This document shows, one piece after another, positions 25,118 through 37,453 of a stretch of 64,000 nucleotides of DNA; positions within the stretch are counted from its first letter, which is position 1; each line of letters starts with the position of its first letter. Below the pieces are notes generated by a model. The model was not told the DNA's origin, made no database searches, and worked only from the letters and a program-made list of their open reading frames with translations. Position numbers and translations under genes: made by a program. Source of the DNA: Microthyrium microscopicum (Eukaryota); assembly GCA_010405405.1 (NCBI GenBank), contig MU004243.1, forward strand, positions 243,340 to 307,339. The letters are read 5' to 3'.

Positions 25118-27246
25118 ATGTCGACCTTCCGGGGCTTCCTGTCCGGTATGGGTCTCCTCGCTGGCTCCGTTTCCGTTCTTCTACTAACAAAACCCAGAGT
25201 TTCCTCGAATACGCATCGACTTCTTCAGAATAGTGGATGGGCAACCTCCACCATTGGCATGTTTTCTGAGCCATGTTCATTCGGATCATCTGGCAGGACT
25301 GGAATCGCTCAAGGCACCATTTGTGTACTGCTCACCTGCAACAAAAGAGGTTAGTTGGACCTTGATCTCCAAATGGTCTGCTTCATTTGATCTGTATCCG
25401 AAATCTATTCCCTCAATACAATTTATCCGAAATCAATAGCTTACGTGTCCAGGTTCTGTTACGGCTTGAGAAATACCCATCTCGTATGAACTTTGCGAAA
25501 GGAATTCTGGAAACTAGACTACAGACATACAAGAACCTCAAGAAACTATTGAAGCCCGTCCCGTTCGAGACACCCACAGAGATTGAATTGCAGCCTGGCA
25601 ATACCATCCGAGTAACGCTGTTCGATGCAAATCATTGCATTGGGGCAGCAATGTTTCTGATCGAAGGCGATGGAAAAGCTATCATATATACAGGAGACAT
25701 TCGATCCGAATCATGGTGGGTAAACTCGCTAGTTCAAAACCCAGTCTTGCTTCCTTATGCCTCTGGCCTACATTATCTTGATAACATATATCTTGATACT
25801 ACCTTCGCCACGAAGAAAGCCGTCTATCAAAAGTTTCCATCCAAGGCGGAGGGCCTCAAAGAGCTCCTAGAGAAAGTATCACAGTACCCAAAAGACACAA
25901 TGTTCTATTTTCAATCTTGGACGTTTGGTTATGAAAATGTTTGGATCGCGTTATCTTCGTTTCTGGATACACAAGTTCATCTTGATTCCTATCGTTGGGG
26001 TATATATCGTTCTCTGGCCAAAGTAAAGGAAGGTCCTCCATGCCAGGAGGCGCCTCAACTCTCTGGCTTTTACTTGGGCAATCATTTCAAGCAGGGATGT
26101 CTCACTCAAGAATCGGCTGGAAGACTTCACAGCTGTGAAAAAGGCTCTGGCTGTTCAGTGATAGACGGAAATTCAGAAGTGGTCACAATACTCCCAGTCA
26201 TAACTCGCCGTCAGGATGGTCTTACAGTCTACGAAGTTGGAGCTGGAGGTGGCCAAGGAGACTTGAATCAGATCCAAGAACTAGAACTACCAGACGTTGC
26301 ATCGTTGGACCAGCTGGTCGAACTTTGTGGCGATGTGATTAGCGACCAGAAAGTCCTTCTGAAAGTCGTCAAAATGCTACTTACCAAAGGCAAAGGACAG
26401 AAATCTCGAATACGACTAGAATCTCATGTCAATGATATCGGGGCCGACAGCTTCGAGCAACAAGTCAAAATAGAGAGGCTAGTGGATGAACTAGTGCGAA
26501 TGGTGGATACTCCTGCCAGCGAAGAAGCTGATGATTCTTATATTCCAAACTCAACGGCCGCCCAGTTGCCCAGGACAATCACGTTTCCATATTCTCGCCA
26601 TAGTTCGTACTCAGAATTATGCGAACTTGTCTCTGCATTCCAGCCAAAGCAGGTGTACCCATGCACAGTTGACGAAATGACCTGGACGCCTGCAGTCGGA
26701 ATGGCACATTTGTTTGGCCACTGTTGCTCTGGCACTCGTTTTGAACATGACGATGAGATGATGGTAAAGTATAGTGATCGGGTGGAACAGGAGACGCAAG
26801 ATCAGGAGCAACAAACGCAGACGGACTCAAATATACGATCTGATAGTGCTACCGAAAGCCAAGTGACGCAAATCCTCATTGCCGAGCAGATCAGTTCCCC
26901 GGCAAACGCAGAAAACAATGTGAAGCATACCGCTGAGCAGAACCACTTCGCTGGTACCCAGTACGAAACTGTCAATGAATCTTTTCGAAGTGCTCGATCC
27001 AATGCTGCAAGCCTGGATCGCCAGTCATCAGTAGGGGAAGTCCCGTCACCGAAGAAGTCTCAGAAACGGAAACGTGAGGGTGGCCAGAGCAAGGCCGATC
27101 AATCTCGACCTGGAAAGGAAAGTACGATTATGGAATGGGCTTATCAAGCAGCTAGAAGTGGTGATTGGGACAGCTTTTCGGCAGGACTCGTGTCTGTTCG
27201 AGGATTAAACGAGTCCTTTGAATTACCGCTCATGGAGGATGATTGA
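25118..27246 (+). CDS. Artemis/SNM1-family metallo-beta-lactamase beta-CASP DNA repair nuclease; exons 25118-25145, 25198-25349, 25453-27246
   Basis: FLSHVHSDHLAGL (HxHxDH), DANHCIGAAMFL, YTGDIR, IYLDTT and FPYSRHSSYSEL motifs. Two canonical introns splice in frame. Confidence 0.92.
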
Positions 27247-27872
27247 TGTTGAGATTTGCGTACGACTTATGATGTTTAGATACCCATTTACGAGAACAAA
27301 GATAAGATATAATGATTCTGAAAACGACCTAACATATGATTCCACGAGTGAGGCCAGTCTTAAATGTCATTTCTTGATCCAGAAAGGGTGGAGAGATCGG
27401 GCCGACGAACTGGCTCCGATCGGAGGACCAGGATTAAGCGGTCGGCAATTGGAGGCCAGTGAGGTTTGTTAGTGTCACATCCTCCCATCGATACTGGCTG
27501 CTACTAACTTACTAGCAACAACTACTACTCTACTACTACCTACTCACCACCTTACCGCTTCACTCCCATTTCTCTCATACACTATATTCATACCGCTAAT
27601 CGCCTTCCCAATACTTCTATCTACTAATTCTTCCATCTCTTGTACCTCAAATATCCCCGCCAATCATCAGCCAGTCTGCTCGCTACAATTCCCCGCTCCC
27701 AAAGTCCCCGCCAAGTTCCAACCGGTACAAATTTAATACTCTAGAGTACATCCTGCGACCGTGTTTCAACCTCCAGTCTTACGTGCACTCTACCCCAGGG
27801 AAAGCATCTCTCCACCTAGCGCTACTTCTGACCTGTCAACAATTCTTTTGCCGGCTTTGCTCCGGCTGCTCA

Positions 27873-30800
27873 ATGCTCATGAGCCCGCCAAATCAAAAAG
27901 GTAACACCCGTCAGACATCTCTAGTCTCCGGCAACCGGCTTGCACCTTGCTGTCGTCACAGTCTTCTGTCACACGGCATGTTGTCTTGCAAATATATGCA
28001 CGGGCTAATAATCAAATCTAGATCGATTCCAAGACATACCAAACCCCTCGAGTAGTCATGTTGCTCGCAGACAAAATCCCATTCCGAAAAATTACAGCAC
28101 CTCAAACCTATTGTCCGTTGTGAACCCGCCGAAACTCAGTCTATCAACCCCTAGAAACCGCTATTCGCTCGATGTAGAAAGTGTTCTCCGTGCGGGTGAA
28201 GATGCCGACAAACTTTCACAGTATGTCAACAGTGGCTAGACGTGATTGTAGCGTTTAACCGTCATGTCAATTCCTGTCTTGGACCATTTGCTGATACATT
28301 GGGTGCTTTTAGATCCCCAATGATTCCAGAACATGCTGGCGAGCATGGATTAGGCCTATCTGGTTTGCGAAGGATAAGACAAGAACCCAGTGCTTTTAGA
28401 GACAATGGAGTAAGAAATCCCCATAGAAAGTTTCCCTCATTTGCTATCTAAACACTTGAACGCCGGCCCTCGTGTGTCTGATCCTTACCCTGGCTCCAAT
28501 TATTCATCCGCAAACTGACTATATACTGATGAATTCCAGAGTGCTACAGCTCCTCAGTCGAGATCTGCCTCGCTCAGTCTCTCGCCGAACGTCTCCCGAT
28601 CGCCAAACCCCAGTCGGTCACCCTCATCATCTTTGGCTATGCCACCTGTTATAAAGTCCATAGAAGATCTTAGCCGGTTTCCATCTGAATCTCTCCATTC
28701 CTTTTCCTTTGCACACCAATCCGAAGAATCGATACACAATCGACAAAATGTTCTCAAGCGATCCATGGACTTTATGAGAGACAAGCTTGGTTGGGCAGCG
28801 AGTAATCCTGGTTTAGCAGCAGCACAAGCTCGTCTAAGCGGCGATCATGAAGTTCAAAGCATGATGGAGCTGTTGTCGAGGGCAAATCTCATTGGTGACG
28901 ATGCGCATCACGCACATGGACTTGGAATTGCTGCTCCCATTACTGGACCTGCGGATATATCTGGAAATCCTTTTGATGACAGCTTCAGTCTCCCACGTTC
29001 AGAAAGCCCCGATCATCTCGCTGAATCGATAGCGTCTGTCACCAGCTTCAAATCACCTGATCTTGCTCTGGACTCACTTTCTCAATTAACTGAGAAGTCT
29101 ACTGAAATCAGAGGCGAAACTACTTTGGATACCCTTTCCAAGGCCGTTGCTGATGACCCCTCACACCGCGAAACTGCACCGCGACAACCCCGATCTTTTC
29201 TCAAACGAACTCTCACCAATACAGACGATCTCTCATTACAGTCTAAACTTAATGAGACTTTGGCCCAGCCATATACAGTTAATGAAGGTCGCTCTATAGA
29301 TCCCTCACCGTCTCGTTATCCTGGACTGCCCCCCTTGAAACTCGCCACTTCAATGACTGCTCCGCCTAATCATATGACTCCTGTTACAGCCGCACCCCAT
29401 GGCCATGGAAACCGATGGGCCCCTGTTTCCCAAGCCATTTTTACAACTGAAGCAAATGCTCCTTGGACGATTACTGCTGCCAATGACCTGGCTTGCCTTG
29501 TGTTTGGAGTGACTAACGCAGAGGTTCGAAAATTGGGCATCCTCGAGGTAGTGAAGGAGGAACGTCGAAAATGGTTGGAAGACAAACTTCGGGACCCAGA
29601 GGGTGGCTCTTCTAGAAAAGCACCTCTAAGTCAAAGTCAAAGGAGTAGTCCCAGCGCGACTACTCACATGAAAGTTGGAAGTGGGATAACAGCCAAGCTT
29701 CTAAGTAAGCCTTCGTCGCGTGTGACTGGAGTTGGGTCTAAACGAAGAGCGCAAACAGATGATGGCGTCGGCTCGAGCTTTACATCGAAAAGTAAAGTCA
29801 AGGGTGGTCTCAACCACACTGCCCACAAATCGCGAGGTGTGCTGCTATGCGGTGACGTTGTACCCATCAAAAAGCGTAATGGGACTCTTGGTTCTGCTAC
29901 TCTGTGGGTGAAAGAAAAAAAGGGCGGTCTCATTTGGGTTCTTGAAGAAATCGCTGAAGACCTTGCCTTCGTTACTGTTGATGAGGTAGGTTGTGTGGTT
30001 AAAGCCGAAGGTGCTGTGGAACAGATCTGGGGAGGTGAAAGAATAAGACGAGGAATGGATATCAAGAGATTGATTCCCGCGATACCTCGACTTGCCGGCA
30101 CCAATACTGGTGCTCTGGATTACCAATCCATCACCGACACCACGACTTATACCGCTAGAACATCAAACGATCTCAGCATACCCGTGACCGTCTTCCCAAC
30201 AGATCGAACTTTTAGTGTCTCCAGCTTTCCACACATTGCCGGAATTATGGTTCTCAATAGCCATAATTTGCAAATATCTAGCTCCAACACCGTCTTCTCC
30301 AATGCTCTATTTGGACAATCTCGACCCGAAGGGTTACACATCAACGAAATTATTCCCGGATTTGACACTTTGCTCCACCTCATATCTGACGAGGAAAAAG
30401 TAAAGCTTGTGGACGGTATGGTCATTCCAGAGCACAGCTTTCGACGGGCTAGAGCACTTGTAGCGATGCGCGAAGGGCATTCCAGTGCTATTTCGATCTT
30501 CTTACGACCAAGTGGAATACCTGCTCGTCATCGTGATGGATCAGAAATCATGGTTGACATTCAGATGAGAGTAGTCAAAAGCGAGAGGTCTCATGTTGTT
30601 GAAGATGTCATTGAGGAATTAGAGGAAGAAGGAACCGTTGGTTCTAGCCAACAACCTACCACTGAAGTAGTGTACGCCCTCTGGATCACGTACTCTCGAC
30701 ATCTTCATGCTTCTCTTCATGAACTCGACACCGGCGTACTATCAAAGCCCTCACGTGCTCCTTCACCATGTCAACAGCCCGCTCCAGGTCAATCCGATCA

Positions 30801-31851
30801 TGTTCCCGATCTCCAATTGGATGATGATTCGCACATCCCATCCAAGACTTTGACAGCACTATCCCGTCAGCTCAAAGGCGTTGTCAAATCACTCACCAAA
30901 GACAAATCTGCTCCTTCTAGCGAATCCGAAGGATCTACAGACATCAAAGATGGGACCCCTCAGCGAAAGACAATCAACGACTTTGTCGTTATCGAAGATA
31001 TGGGCCAAGGTGCTTATGGTCAGGTCAAACTATGCCGCTACAAGCGTCCACCGGGCAAGAAAATGGTCATCAAATACGTCACAAAGAAGCGCATATTAGT
31101 CGACACTTGGACGCGCGACCGCAAACTCGGCACTGTGCCTCTCGAAATTCACGTGCTCAACTACCTGCGTCGTGAGGACCTCAAGCACCCGAACATTGTC
31201 GAGATGGCCGACTTCTTTGAGGACGATGTCAATTACTATATCGAGATGGTCCCACACGGCCTGCCAGGCATGGACTTGTTTGACTATATTGAGCTACGCG
31301 CAGACATGAGCGAGAAGGAGGCGCGTAAGATCTTTGTACAAGTCGCCGAAGCAGTCTGCCATCTGCACATCAAAGCTAAAGTCGTACATCGCGATATCAA
31401 GGATGAGAATGTTATTCTTGATGGTGATGGTAATATAAAGCTTATTGACTTTGGGAGTGCGGCGTATATTAAGAATGGGCCGTTTGATGTCTTTGTCGGC
31501 ACTATTGGTCAGTCTAAAATTTCTATCTTTCTTCTCCTTTTCCTTGCGCTAACATTATATCTAGATTATGCTGCACCCGAAGTTCTTGCTGGTCAACCAT
31601 ACCGCGGCAAAGAGCAGGATGTCTGGGCTCTCGGCATCCTACTGTACACCATCATCTACAAAGAGAATCCATTCTACAGTATCGACGAGATCATGGACCA
31701 CGATCTGCGCGTGCCATACGTTATCAGCGAAACCAGCATTGATCTGGTACGACTCATGCTGAATCGCGACGTAGACCAGCGCATATCCATCACAGAGGTA
31801 TTGGAGCATCCTTGGTGTCGCGGCGTGGGCGCGGAGGAAGACCAGAAGTAG
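27873..31851 (+). CDS. PAS-domain serine/threonine kinase (PSK1/PSK2/Ppk6-like); three short upstream exons, then 28539-31507 and 31565-31851
   Basis: PAS-like QAIFTTE...ANDLACLVFG. Kinase domain GQGAYGQV, HRDIKDEN, DFG, GTI|DYAAPE. Upstream exons (approx. 27873-27900, 28022-28220, 28313-28409) splice in frame. A 57-nt intron lies at 31508-31564. Confidence 0.9.
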
Positions 31852-32359
31852 GAGCAAACGATGAAGATCATGAAATGGAATCATGAAATAGCAACATGAG
31901 ATCATGAGCTGGCTTTGAAATGAAACAGGATGGACGCACCATTTTATCAGAGATGTGGGTCGTGGAGCTTTTCGATAGAGATGACTGTTGCTGAATTTGG
32001 GTATTTTGATGCAGCAATGTGTCTAATTTGTCCTTTTCTACGTTACTAGGTCTATATGGCGTTATGATACCAAACTGGGCCAAAGGGCTTCCCCAGGCAT
32101 AGGATGCAGGCAATGTTGATTTTTTTCCGGAGTCGTGCTACAAAGGCACTGGGATCTGATATGAGGATGAAAATAGCCTCTGGCTACTGAACAGTAGAAA
32201 TTGTATATTTCGCTGATACCTACCCTGGGCTCTGCGTACTTGATTCGCCTCGTAAATGTTTTTACAATTGAGTTTCCTTACAGGTTCTAGCTTTACAGCT
32301 TGCTAATCATACAGGTATCGTGTCGCCTCCCCGTTGTGTTGTTACATAAATGCGGACAT

Positions 32360-33513
32360 CTATGCTACGAAAGGAATCATTGTTGCCCGCTTCTTCTTGT
32401 ACTTGTCTTGAAACTCCTTGCGATACCTTCGTTCTTTCTTCTGCGCCCACACCAGCATCTGTCCGCCTGCCACCGCCGTGAAGAGCACAGTGCTCCAGCT
32501 CAGCGTCACAAGACACATGCCTACCCAAGCTAGCACCTCAAACGTGTAGTTGGGACATGTCACGAGCCCAAAGCCGAATCCGCGGGGTATCGCTCGTGTC
32601 GTCGTGCCCGCTGGTCGCAGGTTCGCTAGCACGTAATGTGTGTAGAGGTTGCCGAGCTCTCCAATGACAAAAAGCGCGAGGCCGACTTTGACAATGAGGG
32701 AGTCGGATGTGAGAGATGCGGTGGGTGAGGTGGGTGAGTACACCCAGTAGGCGATATTGGCACCCGCCAGAGCCCAGTAATGCGCGCTATTCTTGACGAT
32801 GTTGAAGGCTGGCATAGTCGCCGAGCTGAATCGATGCAGAAAGAGTGTTTCTAGCTCGCGTTTGGCGAAATGGATAGTGCTGAGCACTAGTGCTAATGTC
32901 TGCGCGCTTGATGGTGCGGGGAAGTCAAGTTGTGTGCCTGGGCCATTGGGGTTGCCGTACAAGTGCGCGCGCGCAAAGTAGAGGATTGGGTGGATTAGAA
33001 GAGGTCCGAGATATTCGATGACGAAAACTGTACGCCATGCGATTTGAGGACCAAGATCTTTGACGCTGAGAACGGTGCCATCATTGAGCGATGCGGTTGC
33101 GAGAGAGACGGGGTTTGAGGCGGCAAGGACACTTGAGTCGTTGGTAATGCGTAGGCGGTGGATTGAGAGGCCAGTTTTCTAGAGAGTCGTCAGTATAATT
33201 GGAGCTAACACGCTTGAAAAGACTAAATGGTCTTTTTCGTGGTGAAATCATAAAACGCTCATCGCATTCGATGGTAGCCACAGGACTCATTAAAGAACGC
33301 ATTCTATGGTAACCATCGAGTAAGAAGGGAGATATGATAGTTTCGAGTATGTTGGATTTCAACAACTGTGGTTTTGCACGGGGAAATCTAGAGTACCGAG
33401 GACAGGTGGTTGTAGATGTCGGCGGTGGAAGCAGTCGAGGGGAGAGTGATTTCTTTAGGGAGACGTTTAATAGGCCGGCCACGCGGCTGAACTTGAAAGG
33501 TGATGTCGGCCAT
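32360..33513 (-). CDS. TSC13: Very-long-chain enoyl-CoA reductase; exons 33513-33397, 33178-32360
   Basis: KDLGPQIAWRTVFVIEYLGP, HFAKRELETLFLHRFS, KNSAHYW and CPNYTFE motifs. Confidence 0.93.
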
Positions 33514-34237
33514 AGTTGTTGATGGCTGGGGGAGTGTTATTTGTGAGAAGAGGGAAGAAATGACCAAGATGTCTCGTTTGGGAAGTTGGTGATGGGACAT
33601 TGAATTGACAAAATCGCCAATGCACGACTTCACGTGATATTAAATTGCGCTTACTACAATACCATCCAGCCTCTAACATTTCAAAACCTCACAAAAGTAC
33701 GGAGTAGTTTGTTTCGACAAATGTGCTGGTTCTTAGACGCATTGCTTGACTGTTTACTGTAAATCACTTTAACTTCCAAAGCAGGCTGTTGAAGTTTGAC
33801 GTCAGGCAGAAGGATTCGTCCACGTTCAAGCTTTTCGCTCAACCTGTCCATGACCGGAGAACTACCTTTGTACGATCTGCTCGTGTATCGTTTATTTGAC
33901 TATGATCTCATCTAGAGCTCAAGTGTTTCGATGTTCGGTGTACCACCATGGATGGTCGCTTGTAACAGAATGAGGAGGTACCAAACACGACCTAAAAAGC
34001 TCTATATGGCGTCAATCGTTCAGCCTGATGGACTGCAGCTTACAAATTTCACAGACGAATCCATTCATGCCCCTCATCTGCAAGCCTGCTACAGGAGAGG
34101 TCGAGGCTATGATTCATTCTTGGATAAGCACATCGCCTCAATCCTCCTAACTTGCATTCAAACATGAGTACTTAGTACTTACCGATCAAACTTCTCAATT
34201 AGACCCGCCGATAAACCCCAAATTGACCCCATTCATT

Positions 34238-37060
34238 ATGGGAAAAGACAGGAATGGCAAGAGCCGACGTGAAAAGGGCTTGTCAAAGCGACAAGATAAG
34301 GAACCTGAACTGAAGACTGAGACGAAAGTGATTAGTGATGAGCCCATCTGGGCGTACCAGAATCTCCAGAAAGATCAATTTTACGCTGCTCTCTACTTCT
34401 TCACCTACTCGAAATCTACACAGCCGACAGACTATCTTCAGAATGCTGCTGTTGCCATGGCAGGAGATGCGAGAAATCAGTTACTTGATAAACTGGCATT
34501 ATTGTTTGCCAGATACCGAAACTCTGAGAAGATGGATCGATATGGATGCCCGCCAGAATTCGAAACCAAAACAAGACCATCGACCACTGCAGAGAATGTC
34601 ACTGCTATAGCGCTTGAGATGCCCCCTGAGCCAGACCGCCATATAAAACAAAGGTCATGCAATTGGACATTTTGGATTGCAAAGAACCGTGGGAGTCAGG
34701 ATTTCGATGCCATGAATGATGATATTTTCGCTAAGAAACTTGAACGATGGTACAACGACTTTGAAGGGCCGTTGATTTTGAACGTCGGAGATGAAATCTG
34801 GTCAGACGTGCAGCAGTTTTGGATGCGACGTAGTTGCTATTACTTTGAAATTCTTCAAAAACTTCGCAGTAAATGGTTTCCGGTAGCGAAGGATCCGCTG
34901 TACACCACTGAACCTCCTCCTAAGCTTTTGGAATACTTCTCGGCCATGAATCCAGCGAATGTCAGGACTGACTGGGAGCATGTCTGGAGCCTCATTGAGA
35001 AATTGAAGTTCAACAGCAATGATTGGAAGCAATCAATCAACGACTATGTCAATTGTATCTGCTTCGAAGACACCCAAACCTGGCGTGAGTCTCAGTATGC
35101 AAGATATGGCGCCAGGTCGGCACAGGCTGGGAACGGGGAAGAAGATTCAAAGACGAATCTTTCAACAAATCAACTCAGAGAGAAGAGCCAAATTGCGAAG
35201 GAGTTCCGCGAAGCTATCATTTGTTTACAATTGTTGAGAACACCAAAATCTGTGTTGGAGAAGTTTCTCAATTTTCGACACAGACAACAGAATGCAACAA
35301 GCATCAGCATCCGGTTTCTTCCGGTTACAAATGTGGACAAGCTGAAAGCGGAGAGAATTCATTCCACGATCAAGGCATGGTATGGTGAGAAAGTCAAAAA
35401 TGTCGACGGACAGAAGCTCTTCGCATTGGATGGAGCCAGATCCAATTTAACCTTCAAGCAGCATTCCAAGCTTGTTCTAAGGAAACTTCCACGCGAAGCG
35501 CAAGAGATTCATACGTCTTTTCACTGTGAGCTTCAACTGTTGGGAAAGTTCATGACAAATAAAAATGTACACATGTACTTTGGTTGCAGTAAACTGTCAT
35601 GCTATCTCTGTTGGGCGGTGCTTACAGGATCCAGATTTCGGACTCGAGGATCACACGGAGAAATATCTCCAGATTGCGTCTTTCCTTTCCAGTTCTCAGG
35701 TGAAGATGAGGACAAAAGCTATAACCAGCTTGCAGAAGCATTGAAACGCGTCGAAACCCACTTCCTTGAGCGCATTCGCGATAAGGCCAGCAGAGATGAT
35801 TACCTAGTGACAGATCATCTCGCAATCACCCAAACCCAAGCCAGCGATGCCGCATTTCTTCCTTATGGGCCACATCAAGTCTACAAAAACACATACATCT
35901 TCCATTTCAAAGAATCAGATATCCCAGATACGAGGCACCGACAGCTCATGAACACAATACACGCAAGGAATAAGAGGCCTGCATTAGGTCTTGATCCGCT
36001 ACGTACTCTGACACCAGTGCGTCTCCGCACCTTGTGCAAACCAGGCCAAATGGGTTATCGATTGCTTCGAGCTGTCGAAATACCCCCAAATCTCATCTCA
36101 GATATGGATGCGTTACTTCTCAGCACCGACATCGCTTTCACGGGTGTCACTGAGAAGCATACATATCGGATACCAAAGGTAGAAAACCCACAAAACAGCT
36201 TGTGGATCACGAATTTCAAGTTAGACCAATTGTCTCAATCCCTGCGAGAGCATCATGTAAAGAGAAACAGCAAACAGGGACTCTGGCAGCACGATTTTCT
36301 TGTCGACCAAAGTGACGAACATTACAAAAGTCTCTCATATAAGCCGGCACTAACCTTCTGGCGAGTCCAAGGCTACCCAACCTCTTTGGTCAACTGGAAA
36401 GACCGTACCAGCATGCAGAGCCCTTTTACTGCCAGGGGAAAGTTCTTCGTCTATGAGGCGCCTAGTAGTGAATCCGTCCTGCACAATGAGCTTGCGACAG
36501 AATACATACAGAAGGGCTGGTGGCACTACATTGCTGTGAGGGCTCTACCTGAGGACCCTGTGGTGGTTCAGTTCGCAGAGAATTTCAGCTCTGCAAAGAC
36601 GGTATTGAAGTGGCTACCCCAAGAAAACAAGTATTGGCGGAATTGGGAGAATCATGGAAGGGCATCTGGTATCCCCACCTCGACTAATAATCGAGACCTA
36701 GAGCAGACAGAATCTCTGATCATTTCAAGTGATGGCGAGGAATTTGAGTTTGAGGCTACGAGTTCCGTTGGCGATCTACTCTACGAAGGCGATTCGGAGG
36801 GCGCAAGGAGTGAATACGAGCGTGAACGCTTAGAGATGATGAAACCCGGGTATAAACAGCAGAAGTTGACCACATTTTGGGCAAAAGATATCTGGAGCGA
36901 TGAAGAGCAAGACGAAGAAGAAGGAGAAGAGGAGAGAGAAGAAATGGATGAGACAGAAATGATCAATGACGAACTGGATATGCCTGGAATAGACGATAGA
37001 GAGGGTTCCATGGCTAGTGATGATGAAGAATGCTCATGTTTCCTGATTTCTGATAAGTAA
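34238..37060 (+). CDS. Large protein with OTT_1508-like (nucleic acid/nucleotide) deaminase motif and acidic C-terminal tail
   Basis: Intronless ~940-aa ORF with HCELQLL...YFGCSKLSCYLC (HxE + CxxC zinc motif). N-terminal LLDKLALLFAR...VTAIAL...IAKN block typical of fungal members. D/E-rich tail. Confidence 0.8.
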   Translation: MGKDRNGKSRREKGLSKRQDKEPELKTETKVISDEPIWAYQNLQKDQFYAALYFFTYSKSTQPTDYLQNAAVAMAGDARNQLLDKLALLFARYRNSEKMDRYGCPPEFETKTRPSTTAENVTAIALEMPPEPDRHIKQRSCNWTFWIAKNRGSQDFDAMNDDIFAKKLERWYNDFEGPLILNVGDEIWSDVQQFWMRRSCYYFEILQKLRSKWFPVAKDPLYTTEPPPKLLEYFSAMNPANVRTDWEHVWSLIEKLKFNSNDWKQSINDYVNCICFEDTQTWRESQYARYGARSAQAGNGEEDSKTNLSTNQLREKSQIAKEFREAIICLQLLRTPKSVLEKFLNFRHRQQNATSISIRFLPVTNVDKLKAERIHSTIKAWYGEKVKNVDGQKLFALDGARSNLTFKQHSKLVLRKLPREAQEIHTSFHCELQLLGKFMTNKNVHMYFGCSKLSCYLCWAVLTGSRFRTRGSHGEISPDCVFPFQFSGEDEDKSYNQLAEALKRVETHFLERIRDKASRDDYLVTDHLAITQTQASDAAFLPYGPHQVYKNTYIFHFKESDIPDTRHRQLMNTIHARNKRPALGLDPLRTLTPVRLRTLCKPGQMGYRLLRAVEIPPNLISDMDALLLSTDIAFTGVTEKHTYRIPKVENPQNSLWITNFKLDQLSQSLREHHVKRNSKQGLWQHDFLVDQSDEHYKSLSYKPALTFWRVQGYPTSLVNWKDRTSMQSPFTARGKFFVYEAPSSESVLHNELATEYIQKGWWHYIAVRALPEDPVVVQFAENFSSAKTVLKWLPQENKYWRNWENHGRASGIPTSTNNRDLEQTESLIISSDGEEFEFEATSSVGDLLYEGDSEGARSEYERERLEMMKPGYKQQKLTTFWAKDIWSDEEQDEEEGEEEREEMDETEMINDELDMPGIDDREGSMASDDEECSCFLISDK

Positions 37061-37453
37061 ACAAATTAGCACAGTCACTTGTTTGATGATGGATCTCTGT
37101 TATACTATACAGTACTGGTGTTCAATATCTTTCAAGCTAAGTGAGTTCAATCACATTTGTCGTATAATTTCACTACTTTGACATGTTCCTGTGACATAGC
37201 TCATGAATTGAATTAGATTATAGCATTTGCTTTGACTTCTGTAAATTACACGCCCTTCCGCTTAGAGGCTCAAAATAACTCCCAGATAAGTCTTTGACTT
37301 ATCAAAATGCTCCATCATCAAGTCGTAACGATCACAAACATTCAATCCGACACCGAAAGTATCTTCCTCTTTCCCTAATCTCGACATCCTAATCAGACAT
37401 CTCTCACTAACTCAGTAGAGTTCAAAGCGAAGAGACGACCAATATCTAAGTAT

